DNA of 64,000 nucleotides from Mobula hypostoma (GCF_963921235.1 NC_086097.1:107200001-107264000), one strand, 5' to 3'; shown: positions 36,694 to 49,940, numbered from the stretch's first letter. The notes: generated by a model not told the origin, from the sequence alone. Translations and numbers: made by a program.

Positions 36694-37472
36694 GCCAGCT
36701 GGTGGCACAGTGACATCAGCGCCGGACTCCAGGAGCGAAGGTTCCCGAGTTCGAATCCAGTCCATCCGCTCCGGGGCATGCTTGTGATTATGATTATTAT
36801 GATTATGAGGACATTTAGTAATGCAGGCATTAAGAAATGATAAAAATGTTTTTCCAGAATGATATCACGAAAACACATGACAAACCGACTTAAAAACTAA
36901 CAAAAACCACATAATTATAACATATGGTTACAACAGTGCAAAGCAATACCGTAATTTGATAAGAACAGACCATGACACAGTAAAAATCTCAGAGTCTCTC
37001 GAAAGTTCCATCATCTCACGCAGATGATAAACCTCCAGTGCTGCCAACTTTCCGATACAGCATCCCGGAAGCATCCGACCATAGTCCGACTCAGAGTCCA
37101 CCCAAAAAACTCCGAGCCTCCGATCAGCTCTCCGACACCGATGCACCGAGCACCATCTCTACCGAGCATTTCGACCCCAGCCCCGGCAACAGGCAATAGG
37201 CAAAGCCGAGGATTTGGGGCCTTCCCCTCCTGAGATTCTCGATCGTACAGTAGCAGCGGCAGCGAAGCAGGCATTTCAGAAGTTTCTCCAGAAGCTCCTC
37301 TGCGCTTCATGGCTGTCCCCATCAAATCCGCATTGATGCACAGCCCCAGTTACACATATTGATATTCATTCGGAACGGCCACGCGCGCTGTGTCACGCCG
37401 CCATCTTCTCCTCCCTCCCTTTCCATCTGTGCTGGGTTGAGTGTCGAGCTAGCAACTCGACCGCATAAAAAG
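36694..37472 (+). mobile_element. tRNA-derived SINE (36694-36783 and 37420-37472)
   Basis: Pol III box A TGGCACAGTGA (36703-36713) and box B GAGTTCGAATCC (36747-36758); A-rich end at ~37465-37471. Confidence 0.65.
36784..37419 (-). mobile_element. Short non-autonomous element with (TCATAA)-type tail and AAGATGGCGGC head
   Basis: Tail TGATTATGATTATTATGATTATGA at left; GCCGCCATCTT at 37397-37407; CpG-rich, so probably young. Confidence 0.6.
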
Positions 37473-37999
37473 TACTACTGGTGTCGAGGTCTTCATCAAT
37501 AACGATGGACGAACCTTAGCCACACAGACATGGGGTACAGAGAGTAGAGCAGTGGGCTAAGCTCACATCCTTGAGGAGTGCCAGTGTTGATCATCAGCAT
37601 GGTGGAGATGTTACCTCCAATCCACACAGACTGTCATCTTCCAGTGAGGAAGTCAAGGATCCATTTATGGAGAGAGGTACAGAGGCTCAGGTTTTGGAGC
37701 TTTTTGAACTGAACTGTAGAAATAAATTGTGGTTTCTCCATCTCAGTTGAATATGTTGGGTCAGTTGAGTCTTGAAACTACAATTTGGCCCAGCTGATGT
37801 TAAGTAGAACACTACAATCTAATTAGACTACACACAAGCAAGTCCTTCAGCCCATCTAGTTCATGCCAAACAATTCTGAAGTGCATGTTGATTGATCTCG
37901 CAATGATATCATAAAGCATAAAGTAAGTATTCAGGGCCAGATTGGTTCTAAGATATCTGGTGACCATGTGATATCTGGCTCGGAGGCCAGTGTCAAAAC

Positions 38000-39376
38000 A
38001 TCCTTCTAGACGATGTAACCTCACCAGGTATCAGGCACTGACTGTGCACCAGGCTGGGTACTGAAAATTTGTGCCAACCAATAGGTTGGAGTGTTCAAAG
38101 ACATCTTCACCCTCTCATTGCGGTGATCGGAGATTCCCACCTCTTTCAAAATGGCAGTAATCATACTGATGCCCAAGAACAGCAAGGTAGCATTCGTCCA
38201 GTAGTACTCACATCTACTCTGATGAAGTGCTTTTCTAGTCATATCTAACATAAACTCCTGCCTGAGCATGGACTTGGACCCACTGCAATTTGCATGCTGC
38301 TGCAACAAGTCCACAGTGGAGGTAGTCTCACTGGCTCTCCACTCTGCTTTGGAGCATCTGGATAACAGCAAAGCAAAACATCCAGCTGCTGCTTATCAGT
38401 TATAGCTGGGGGATTCAACATTATCATCTCCTCAGTATTAATTACTAAGCTTCTGAATCCTTCCTTCTGCAATTGGATCCTTGACTTCCTCATCAGAAAA
38501 CCACAGTCAGTATGGATTGGTGATAACATCTCCTCGCTCCTCAAGGATATGTGCTTAGCCCACTGCACTACTTCCTCTACACTCAGAACTATGTGGCTGA
38601 GGGCAGTTCGGACACCAATTATACATTTCCAGAGGACATCACTGTTGTTGGTAAAATCTTTGATGGCAATGAAGAGACGTAAATGGATGAAATAGACTGG
38701 CTTGGCTGAATAATGCTACAACAGCAACCTTGATATTTAACGTCAGCAAGACCAAGGAATTGATTCTGGACTTCAGAAAGGGGAAATCAGGAAAATACAC
38801 CAGAACTTATGGAGAGGTCAATAGTAACAGAGCATTAACTTCTCAGAACAAAGCACACTAGCAGTTATATTTCGTTAGGTGTTTGAGGAGGTGTATGTCA
38901 TTAAAGGCTCTAGCAAATTTCTATAGACATACAGAGGAGATCATTTTGACTGGTGGCAAAGCCACCTGATATGGAGGCTCCGATGCACAGGATCACAAGT
39001 GGCTGTAGAAGGTTGTAGACTCATCAGCTTCATCATTGGCACAACCCTCCCCAATATCGAGGACACCTTCATGAGGTGATGGCCTCAAGAAGGCAGCATC
39101 TATCATTATGGACCCTCATCATGTCCTCGTCTCCTTACAGATATCAGGGTGGAGGGAGGGAGCCTGAAGAACACACTCGATAATTCAGGAACAACTTCTT
39201 CTTCTCCATCATCAAATTTCTGAATCGTCCCTGAATCCATGAACACTACCTCATTATTTCTTCTGCTTTACATTATTTATTCATCTTGTAATTTATAGTA
39301 ATTTGATGTCTTTGCAGTGTAACCACATCAAATTTTACATCATACAAGGCAGTGATAATAAACTTGATTCTGATTT
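38000..39376 (+). mobile_element. Degenerate Rex1/Babar RT and 3' end
   Basis: TTGGACCCACTGCAATTTGCA (LDPLQFA), AAGACCAAGGAATTGATT, and tail AATAAACTTGATTCTGATT. Confidence 0.75.
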
Positions 39377-39744
39377 TGAAGCATAGACCACATTAGTCTT
39401 AGTCTTTCACTGAGACCACATTCAACAAAATATAAAATTTTCAGGGAATTATTTTACAGCGGGACAAGTTTGTAAATAGGTTAAATTCATTCCACTTCTG
39501 AAGGTTTACCTCAACTGTGTTGAAAATGTGAAGTATTGTTATCTATGGAGGTATGCTGAATGAGTAGCAACAAACTTCAGCATTTTCACATTAACCTAAA
39601 TATTCACTAAAATTGCAAGTTACCTTGTTTTGTCAGCATAATGAGAATATTGTTAATTTCACCATCAGTATTGCTACAAAATCCAGTCCTTCAGTCTTCC
39701 GGATCAGCATTATGGGAAAATTGAAATAATAAATGGCAATGTTG

Positions 39745-40452
39745 GGAGTCCTTTGCAGGATTCCCGAGGTTAAAATGCAGGTTGAATCTGTGGTGAGGAA
39801 TGCAATGTTAGCATTCACTTCAAGAGGACTAGAATATAAAGCAAGGATGTAATGTTGAGGTTTTATAAGGCATGAGTGAGGCTTCACTGGGAGTATTGTG
39901 AATAGTTTTAAGATCCTTATCTAAGAAAGGATGTGCTGACATTGGGGAGGGTTCAAAGGAGGTTCACAAAAATGATTCTGGGATTGAAAGCTTGTCATAT
40001 GAGAAGCATTTGATGGCTCTGGGCCTCTACTCACTGGAATTCAGAAGAATGAGGGGTGACCTCAATGAATCCTATAAAATGTTGAGAGACTTCGATAGAG
40101 TGGATGTGGAGAGGATGTTTTATATGGTGGGGAAGTCTAAGACCAAAGGGCATAGCCTCAGAATAGAGGGACACCTTTTTAGAATGGAGATAAGGAGGAA
40201 TTTCTTTAGCCAGAGAGTGGTGAATCTTTGGAATTCATTGCCACAGGTGGCTGTGGAGGCCAAGTCATTGCGTCTATTTAAGGGAGAGGTTGATAGATTC
40301 TTGATTAGTCAGGGTATGAAGGGATACGGGGTGAAGGCAGGAGATTGGGTCTGAGAGGGAAAATGGATCAGCCATGATAAAATGGTGGAGCAGACTCAAT
40401 GGGCCAAATGGCCTAATTCTGCTCCTATATCTTATGGTCTTGTGGTCTTATG
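39745..40452 (+). mobile_element. CR1 3' fragment
   Basis: ORF 39992-40354 LGLYSLEFRRMRGDL..FFSQRVVNLWNSLPQ; (TCTTATGG)-type tail. Confidence 0.88.
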
Positions 40453-41915
40453 ATTGGAAAAAAAGCAAACATAGGCAGAACCAGTGAGCTCTTCCAAAAC
40501 AAAGACATAACCTGTAGATTTGGTAGCATCATTTTAAATTGATTATCAACAATAGCACTGACCATAAGGCCTAAAGGACCCTTAGATAAGATTTGTTTAT
40601 TAATTTAAAGAATTAGCAACTCATTCTTTCCAATTTCTGAATAACCTGACAATTTCTCCATTTGTCATTTTCTCGTTAAAAATCCATTTATCTCAAAACG
40701 TATTTTGAGTGATTTCATGGGTGGGTCCAAAATTTATTTTATTGCCATCTAGCATATAGAACCTAGGAAGTGAATTTATAAGATGTTCATGTATAAGTAA
40801 GAATTCAAAAGAACCAAGGTGCAAGATTGCACTGAAAAAAATATTGGAGTACGGCATTTCTACGGACAATGTCAAGAAGAGTGCAAACTGCATTCTCCTC
40901 TTAAACCACAGTACTTTCCTTCTCACTGTGGTAGAGTCGTGTGACTGTCAATACAGTGTTCACTTGCCAGCAACGGCACTTCTCAGGATAAACAACTTAA
41001 CCTCTGGAATGTTGATTTCCCTCCAAGATTCTTCCGCTGGGTGTCCACTGTATGTGATGATTTGGATTACATATGAAAAATGTACGAGCCATTGTGAGCA
41101 GACGCTATACATGAAGTGTTATACTGAGATTAGGAAGTTCTGTGCAATAGACAAAGAATTGGTTTATTTCAAAAGGAAACATTTTAAAATAAAAGTGATG
41201 TTCGAAAGTATTTATCATTGAATTATATATGTTTGTGGTAGATAAAGGATTAATTTGAAATCTGTGAATCAACAAAATTATTTGTGTTTTGGCACAGAAA
41301 TATGGCAATTACAATGATTACAGTGGTGCTTAAGAGTTGCAATATTAATTTGATGATACTAATTTTGTATCAAAGCTTAAATTTGTGACAAAGTACGGAT
41401 TTTCAATCCTTGCCTTTCCCAATTGTAAGTCTAATGTTGTAGTGAGGCTGTTATATCTTTCCCTACTAGAACAGAAGATTTATCAGGTTAGTGGCATTGT
41501 TGGGCAAATGATGATTTAACAAATCTCAGCTGGCATGAAAATTGGACATTATATTTGGTTTCAGCAGCACAATGTTAGTCTGGGGGAAAGAAGTCTGTTT
41601 TTTTTCTTTGTTATAAGTTCCCTCGCCAATATTGGAAATAGGCATGTGTTGATTCTAATGAAGGTGAGAGTGGGTTTTGCTGTTAAGGGCAAGGCCATTG
41701 ATCGCCTGTTCACTGAACACTTGTAAGGCTAAATAGAGGGCACTTCATCTTGGACATAATACCCTCAAACAAGTATAAAGAACATGGGGGATTTCTACTG
41801 TTCAGATAAAAAAGAAAAAACACAGATTTTTACAGATTACATGTTTTTTTTGTTTCAGTATATTGGCATCCACATTGTGTTTCACGATGTCAAAAATGAG
41901 TCACTTTATTCAGAA

Positions 41916-42078
41916 ACACGAGAAAGTCTGCAGATGCTGGAAATCCAAAGCAACTCGCACAAAATAATGGAGGAACTCAGCAGGTCAGGCAGCATCTATG
42001 GAAATGAATAGATGCTTCGGGCCAAGACCCTTCATCAGGACTGAGAAGGAAGGGGGATGATGCCAGAATAAAAAGGCA
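41916..42078 (-). mobile_element. 163-bp PLE 3' mini-insertion with decayed hammerhead (GAAG for GAAA)
   Basis: 11-bp TSD TTTATTCAGAA (41905-41915 / 42079-42089). Confidence 0.8.
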
Positions 42079-44404
42079 TTTATTCAGAACACCTTTGTAC
42101 TACTAATTAAATGAGAGCATTTGAAACTGCTTTTCATACACTTTCATGTTGCCACACTGGAATTTTGTTCTGATTCTCTGTGGGGCAAAAATGAATTTGT
42201 ATCACTCTAAATGCCACCCCACCTAATGGCAGCTGGTTTTATTATAACACATTGACTACATATAGCATCGCTGCTAGGTCAAAGGGCATTGTGTTGCAAA
42301 CCAAAATATAATTTGTTTCTCTGAATTTTAAGTGAGCCATAGGCTATCCAAGTCATACTTTAGAAAATGTTAAGTATATTCAAATGAAGAAAATCACATT
42401 ACAATGTCATTTCTTTCTTTATTGTGTGGTCATCAAATCCATAAAGTAGAACATCTAGATTTTTAAGCTATTTTCGGGTTCCAGATATTGCTTGATGGAT
42501 GGTTAGGAAACCTCTGGCAAACATCTATTTTGGGCAGTGATTTATGTGTTCCACTCTCTGATCTTTATGCCAGCAATCTCTTCAGGGGATTGATTTTATT
42601 TTCCAACAGTGAAGGAGGTGGTTGCTGCCACCTTGCATGGTTCTGCATCGGATGATAGCTTTTTGTATTCTCCTCGTCATGTCTGAACCTGGTGGCATTT
42701 TCATGGGATCATTGATGAGGTGTGGTTTATTTTATAAAGCTTAACTGAACATTAAAAATGCTCTAACTACAAGTTAAATAGTTACTTCCAAAATCACACC
42801 ATTAAATCTGTCATCTTGTGTTTCTCTGCTTGTAACAAGGAAGCATAATTTTTAATAGTAATATTTTATTAATTTTTTAAAAAGATGATAAAATCATTAA
42901 GGAATAACTTCAAGTGCTTCATACAAAGGTCTGGAAAGTAGTAAATGCCATCTAATAACTTGGAGCAGTGTGCAGTTGATATTGAAATAAAACTAAATAG
43001 AACATAGAACATAGAACATAGAAAATTATACACAATATTCTTATATTCTCCCACCAAGGCAAAACAGTGTTTAATAATTCAATTATGTATTTTGAATTTT
43101 ACTGTACACAACATATAAACAAATTTATTTCCTTATTATTCATCGTTTAATGCATTAAAATATGGTTGATTAAATTCAGGAAGTCAAAATACCAGATTCA
43201 AAATACTTCCAATACTCTTCACCTTGAAATTGACACAATTGTGTTACTTTCAAACTGAAAATGTATGCTCCCTTTATAAAGGGAAGCAATCATAATTTAT
43301 AATCAAATAAGAAGCCAGTTGTTGAATTGGAAGTATTGTCTAATCTTTAGATTCACATTTTTTTTATGAAACAATCAAACTACAATCTTACCTGTTATCA
43401 ACTCCAGCTAAACTAGTGTTTGCATTGCAATTTTATAATTATGTTTGAGTAAATAATTAAGTATTTTTTTTAAAAAACTACAGTACTTTAAGAAAAGACT
43501 AAATGTGTTAATTCAGATAATTTTGAACAGCAGCTTTTTGTCTGTATTTTGAATTACTGGTATTTACATGCATTCAAGTTTTATCTTTGACATGGTTCTG
43601 TGCTAAAAAAGCCTGTTTGACATGCAATGATTTAAATTTCAAACATTAACCATGTATTATTCTTTAAATATCCATCACCCTTCGCTGACTGTAGACTGAA
43701 ACATTAGAGTCTGCCCATAAACTTAAAAAATGCATACTTTGTCAGCACTTTTAAACTGCTGTGTACCAGGACAAGTTTCAGGATACTCACAATATCAGTG
43801 ATTTACCATTGCAAATATGATTATTCTGCCAAAATGGAGAAAAATCTTCCAGAGAACAAAGTCACTCTAAGAAGCTTGATCAGTGTGGAAAGATTTTTCT
43901 GTCCTTCTCATGGATTAGGTGTCATTCTACTCCCTTGAGCTGAAGCATGGATTTGCAGTTCAGTCCATTTGCAGAGTCTATATATGCTCGTGTAATGGAC
44001 AAGCACCAAGGGAGTACATGTTACCAAAGAAATTCCATTGAAGAATAAAGGCTTGACACTGGCAAGTTGTAATTACAGAATATGTATAGTTGTCTAACAT
44101 AATGTGTCAATTAAATATTAAATCAGTGTTGGTAAACAACTAAAGCCTTCTATCAAAATAATTATTTATAAAAACATAAAATTTTACAATTTTTTTTCAT
44201 AGTAATAGGATTGCAGTTTCAGTGTTGAAATGCTTTGTCCTATTGTTGAAGTATTTTTTGATTTTTGTGATTGTTTTCTATGTATAAATATTATATTCTC
44301 ATAAAGACATCAGAAATAATCATAACATTAGATGGGCTGTTTTATTAAGATGTAAACTGGATACCTTTTGTACTCAATCATTTTTATGTAAACAAACTTT
44401 GTAA

Positions 44405-44410
44405 AATAAA
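44405..44410 (+). promoter_or_regulatory. Candidate polyadenylation signal
   Basis: AATAAA preceded by several TGTA motifs and followed by a T/GT-rich tract, near the end of a repeat-poor AT-rich stretch. Confidence 0.3.
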
Positions 44411-44680
44411 ATTTATATTTGTCCTGGCCTTTTGCTAAAATTATTGATGACAATGAAAAAATACTCGCCAAAAATAGCTGAAGAAAATTATATTTCCTAA
44501 TTATATTTTAACAGTACAATTACCTATACACCTGTAAAATTATGATGAAATACTCAACTGACATGTACCTATATCTGTCTTTAAAGGTGAAAGACATTGA
44601 GAGAACTCGGAGAATATTAAAATATCATTCGATAGCCTGCCTTACTAAGTGCATTAATATAAGTGCATACCACTTAAAAA

Positions 44681-44691
44681 TAAATAAATAA

Positions 44692-44744
<53 letters not shown>
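44681..44744. repeat. (TAAA)n(TA)n microsatellite
   Basis: Directly visible. Confidence 0.95.
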
Positions 44745-44749
<5 letters not shown>

Positions 44750-45897
44750 CAAGAAATAACTTCTATTGTGACAATTATAGGTAAGGTTTTTTTAGTGTTA
44801 TCTTGGGCAAAATAGCTGCTGTATTCTTAAAATATAGCTGATACTTTTTATTTCATAAGTTTAACCTGCAAGTAGATTTTATTTTTAGAGGTCTTAGAAG
44901 ACTATACAGTGCTATGCACTGAAAATCTAAAAGTAATCAAGTAGGTATAAGTTCTACATGATATTAAATCATTTTATATAGATATTCATTCTGATTCTTT
45001 TGCATGTTAAAACAGTAATGCATTGTGATAGTCACATTAGAATGTGAACACAGATGAAAGTCATGGTTTCCATTTAATTTTATAACCCATTCTGATATCT
45101 TTAAGATGCGGATATAAATTTGTGTGATTTTTAGTTGTGCATAAACGATCTCATTAAAATTATTATGGTGTCATAAATCTTCCAACAAAATGATGCTGAA
45201 CAGTACAGTAGAAATTTTATGGAATCAGTTCATATCAAATGCAATTAAGTGTGCTTGGAAGTTTATTTGTGCAAATCTAGATGAAGTAAATTGAATATTA
45301 AAAAATAATAGTTCTCACCAGAAAGAGTAAGTACTGTGGTCGATGCATATATGTGTGAGCAGCTTATGCTGAAAGAGCTATAATTAAGAGTTACTATAAC
45401 AATGCCTACTGTATCCAAACTACGGTCTTTGAAAAAAAATCTCCATAAAATATTTGCTGTGAAATGCAGTGATAGTGAAAGATTCCACGTGCAATTCTCA
45501 AGGGGTTGGTGTGCAGTAAAAGAGATTATTGGGATAATACTTCCAGTATTTCTACCTAAACAGAACACTTAAGTGTCAGCTTAGAAAATACATTTATTTG
45601 TAAAAATAATTTCTAAAAAAAATATGATTAATCTTCCACCTTAGGCAATTCCTCAAATTAATAACTGTCTCTTGATTTCTACATCCCAATCATCACCCAG
45701 TATGATTCTCAAAATTCAGTATTGTACTACTTTGGTACTTACCGCTTTGCAATGCATGAAAGAATTACTTACATTAAAATGCTTTACATAACCTCATGGT
45801 GCCTCATATGCTTTAGAGCCAATAATTTAGCTTTGAAGTGTAACTGTCGCAATATGAATTAAGTATCAGCCAATTTGCACAAGCAAACTCCCATAAC

Positions 45898-46448
45898 CAG
45901 AATCAGAATCAGGTTTAATATCACTGGCAAGTGTCATGAAATGTGTTGCTTTGTGGCAGCAATATGTTGCAATATATAATAATAGAAAAAAAGGTGAATT
46001 ACAATAAGTATATATGAATCTATATGTATAGTTATATTAAATAAGTAGAGCAAAAATAAAAATTTCAAATAGTGGTAAGGTAGTGTTCATGGGTTCAATG
46101 TCCATTCAGAAATCAGACAGTAGAAGGGAAGAAGCTGTTCCTGAATCATTGAGTGTGTGCCTTCAGGCTTCTGTACCTCCTTCCTGATGGTAGCAATGAG
46201 AAGAGGGTATATCCAGGGTGATGGGGGTATGGGGGTCCTTAATGATAGATGCCACCTTTTTGAGGCATCGCTCCTTGAAGATGTCCCGGATACTATGGAG
46301 ACCAGTGCCCATGATGGAGCTGTCTAAGTTTATAACTCTCTGCGGCTTATTTCAATCCTGTGCAGTAGCCACCCCTCACCCCGCCCATACCAGACAGTGA
46401 TGCAGCCAGTTAGAATGCTCTCCACGGTACATCTTAGAAATTTGTAGA
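45898..46448 (-). mobile_element. Rex1/Babar 3' fragment
   Basis: (CAGAAT)n tail; FLRCTVESILTGCITVWYG peptide. Confidence 0.8.
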
Positions 46449-46529
46449 AACAGAATTGTAGAAATGATTGTTTAATGAGTATTATTATTGACAAGGTCAT
46501 CAAAGATGACAATTCTTTATAAGTATATA

Positions 46530-47410
46530 TTAAGTTTTAATGAATGCAGAAAGTTGGGATAAACGAGTCACTTTCTGATTGGTGAAGTACTATGAAAAGG
46601 GATCGGTGCTGGGCCTCTGCCATATGCAATTTTTCAATAACTTAGGTGAAGGCGCTGATGGATTTACATTCAAGTTTTTTTAATGATACAGAGATTGGTT
46701 AGAAAGTAAATTTAATGAAACGCCATTAAATATGCCAAGTAGTTGGGAAGAAGTGAGGCTATCTATTTGGTTCAGAAGATTATACAAGCAGATTATCGGT
46801 GTTTAGAGTAACCTGCTGTTGATGTACATGTAACAGAGAAAGTTAACATCCAGGTACTGGAAATAATTACGAATGCAAGCAGATTATTGTCCTTTTTAAT
46901 ACAAAGATGATGAATCAGGGCTTTGACTGTACCTGGACTTCTCAAATAGTTTTGGTCTCCTTATTTAAGAAGAGACACATTTAACTTGGAAGCAGTGCAG
47001 AGAAGCTTTGTGATATTGATTCTTGGATTAAAAGGTTTTCTGATGAGGTGAGATAGATATCATTAGCCCTATACGCTCTATAGGTAAGAAGAAAGATTTT
47101 GTGTATCATGTTACCAGTGTGACTAAGATTATGAGGGGTCCTTACAGCATGATTTCCCACATATGAGTTATCTAGAACCAGGGAGTTTATTCTCTCAGCA
47201 TGTTTTGAATCTTTGCAACACTCTAAGGGCTGAGGAAGCTGAATCATGAAACACGTTCAAAACTGAGACAGGGAGATTTTCAAATTTTACAGGGATCAAA
47301 GGAAGTGGAGCTGAGAACAAAATCAGATCAGTTGTAATCTTAATAAATGGCAAGATGGTCTCTAGAAGCCATATGGTCTACTCCTTCTCTTATTTATTTT
47401 GCCCTTATGT
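46530..47410 (+). mobile_element. Very old CR1 3' fragment
   Basis: TTTTGGTCTCCTTATTTAAGAAG (FWSPYLR) and a CR1-like terminal hairpin at ~47345-47405. Confidence 0.55.
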
Positions 47411-49334
47411 TTGGAAAGGTGACAGGCTCTCAGTTCTCTAATGGAGTGACAACCTATGGTACTGTGCTCAGTTCTCTAGAGTGGGATTTAAGTGCACAAT
47501 ATTGTGATTCAAGCAAGTGTACCACTCATTAAATGATTACTGACACTCATAACTGTACTCACTATCTTTTAATAGAGTATACTTATTGTTGTGTTACCAT
47601 TAAAGTTTTTACTTATACAAAAATATTTTCTAATATTTTTGTGTTTTGTAGACAACCAGAGCTATTGGCTCATGTAAAACATGATAATTACTGTGATCAT
47701 TGTCCTTGATACACAAATACTTCTTTTCATCTTTTAATTTTAATTACTGTTTTATTGGCATTAGTTAAAGATCATCACCAAACATCAATGTTATGACTAG
47801 GCTGAATGCATCAAGAATACTATGTTGCAAAAACACAATCAAAATATTGCTGCAACACTTGTGAAACCTGTTGTGTGTATTTAATGTTTTCATTTATTAG
47901 AAAACAAAAGCATAGAAGGGAAAATTAGAAATTGATATTGATGTATTCCAACGAAAATTATAACAATTCCATGAAAGGGATTGTATGTTGTTTAGATATT
48001 TGGAAAATTGTCGACACTGTTCTGTAGGAATAATGAACAATAGTATTAGAAGTAAACATACTTCAATGATTGAAATGTATCATCTTGAATTTTAGGATAA
48101 AAAAATTCTCACACTATTTAGCAATAGGAGAAGCTGAATATTTTTGTATACTGCTGTTAGATTTAAATTAAATTCCTACCAAGTTTAATTAATTGTGACT
48201 AAGCAGAGAAAAGGGCAGTAAAATTCAGCTTAATTCTGTAGATATTACCATGATATAGGAGCCATAGGTGAATTTTTGCAATTTTTCTACTCTCGACAAG
48301 TTACTGATTTTGGATACTGTGCACTGCAATCTTTGATAATATGAGATAAGCATTCATATTAATAATCTGAACTCAGTGATCGGCTTATATCAAAGCCTGT
48401 ATTGTAGTAAGAAATTTGGAATTGTTATCATTCCTCAGCAGGCATCTTCTGAGCAACTCATTTAATTTTTCACGATGATAAGTTCTTTTACATGATGCAA
48501 ATGCATGGTAATTTCATTGGAAAAGGGTTGCCAATTACTGCCTTGTAAACTCCAGTCCTCCGGAGTGATCTATGCAAACAGGAAGCACTTTCAATTTGCT
48601 GCGGCTGTCCTACTGTCTTAGATCAAGGAGCTGATTGCTGGTGTTTGCAAGAAAAAAATTAATCCATTTAACAATCTGTGGCTTAAACTTAAGGATTTTC
48701 AGGGTTTTTTTCAGAATATCAATATGTTCCAATTCAAGAGCGGATTCCTTGCATTCAGGCATCCGCTGGTGATAACAGACGAGTTGGCATGAAGAGAGGC
48801 AGAGATGGATTAATTATGCAGAGAACATGGAAATTTCAGCTTATCATCGACCAGCAAAGGAGCCGAGCTCACATAATCAGCAAACGAGAAACACAATGCA
48901 ATGGCACGTTCAAGGCAACCAGAGAGCATATTACACATTAGATTCTTCCTGAAATTAAAAAATATATAGATAAATGGCAAAGGGAACTAAACGATGTTAA
49001 AATAAATTAATGAGAAGTGTTTCTTCAAGATATATTCTCTCCAAAATCAATTTCTTATTAACAAATGTGGGGAATTTTTAAAACGTATATACAATGCAGC
49101 ATGTTAAATCACCATTAAGTACAGGAAAAAATGCTTCTGCCACATATTATTGTGTAGCACAAATATGCCTAAGAAAGTGACGACATTCAGCTTTCTGTAA
49201 ACTCATTCATCTCATCTGAGAGTTGGGAGAGGGTTTTTGTAGTGGTGGGGATAGCTGTTTTATATAGCAGATAATAATTAGCATAAGGGGGGAAGTGCAC
49301 AAAATGTCACCGTGTATTGCCAGTGCCATCTTAG

Positions 49335-49940
49335 AAAGTTTGGAAAGGGTCAGCAACTTTAAATTCCTCAGTGTTATCATTTCAGAGGATCTGTCCTGGG
49401 CCCAGCATGTAAGTGGCATCACAAAGAAAACATGGCAGCATCTCTACTTTCTTAAAAGTTTATGAAAATTCGGTATGTCATCTAAAGCTTTGGCAAACTT
49501 CTATAGATGCTCAATGGAGAGTACACTAACCGGTTGCATCACAGCCCGGTAAGGAAACACCCTCAAAAAGTCGTGGATCTCGGGACTGGGTTTACTCAGT
49601 CCATCACGGGTAAAGCTCTCCCCATCACTGAGCCTACCTCCAAGAGGTGCTGTCGCAGGAAAACAGCATCCATCATCAAGGACCCTTACCATTCAGACAT
49701 GTTTTCATCTCACCGCTGCCATCAGGAAGTTGCTACAGGAGCCTCAGGACACACAGCAACAGGTCCAGGAATTACTCCTCAACAATCAGACTCTTGAACA
49801 GAGGAAATAACTTCACCCAACCACACTCACCCCATTCACTTTCAAGGACTCTTTGTCTCATGTTCATAATATTTATTGCTTATTTATTTATTACTTTTTT
49901 TTTTCTTTTTGTATTTGCACAGTTTGTTGTCTTTTGTTAT
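49335..49940 (+). mobile_element. Rex1/Babar 3' fragment
   Basis: AACTTTAAATTCCTC..GAGGATCTGTCCTGGGCCCAGCA; RKTASIIKDPYH peptide. Confidence 0.8.

Larger units (their letters stand above)
36229..37514 (+). mobile_element. Short non-autonomous retroelement (~0.5 kb net; 36229-~36692 and ~37473-37514), probably RTE-related
   Basis: GC/CpG-rich block interrupting a Rex element; begins at ribozyme G1; no recognisable protein domain. Confidence 0.6.
35345..37720 (-). mobile_element. Rex1/Babar fragment hosting nested insertions
   Basis: ITIVGRISDGDEKVYRSEKDQLVEHC peptide; host text resumes at ~37515 (CTTAGCCACACAGAC). Confidence 0.75.
45760..47525 (-). mobile_element. Ancient DeuSINE-like element in pieces (45760-45897, ~46450-46520, 47420-47525)
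   Basis: CAGCCAATTTGCACAAGCAAACTCCCA and TGTGCTCAGTTCTCTAGAGTGGGATTT resemble DeuSINE text as recalled; interrupted by Rex and CR1 pieces. Confidence 0.45.

Noticed and set aside
36694..36762. tRNA gene
   Set aside because: Boxes A and B are present but there is no acceptor stem; it continues into a SINE body.
40844..41221. 125-aa Cys-rich ORF in unique sequence
   Set aside because: Starts at TTG, has no recognisable domain and no supporting exon structure; treated as a chance ORF pending a homology search.
42997..43024. (ATAGAAC)n run resembling a CR1 tail
   Set aside because: No LINE body adjacent; cannot be told apart from a simple repeat.
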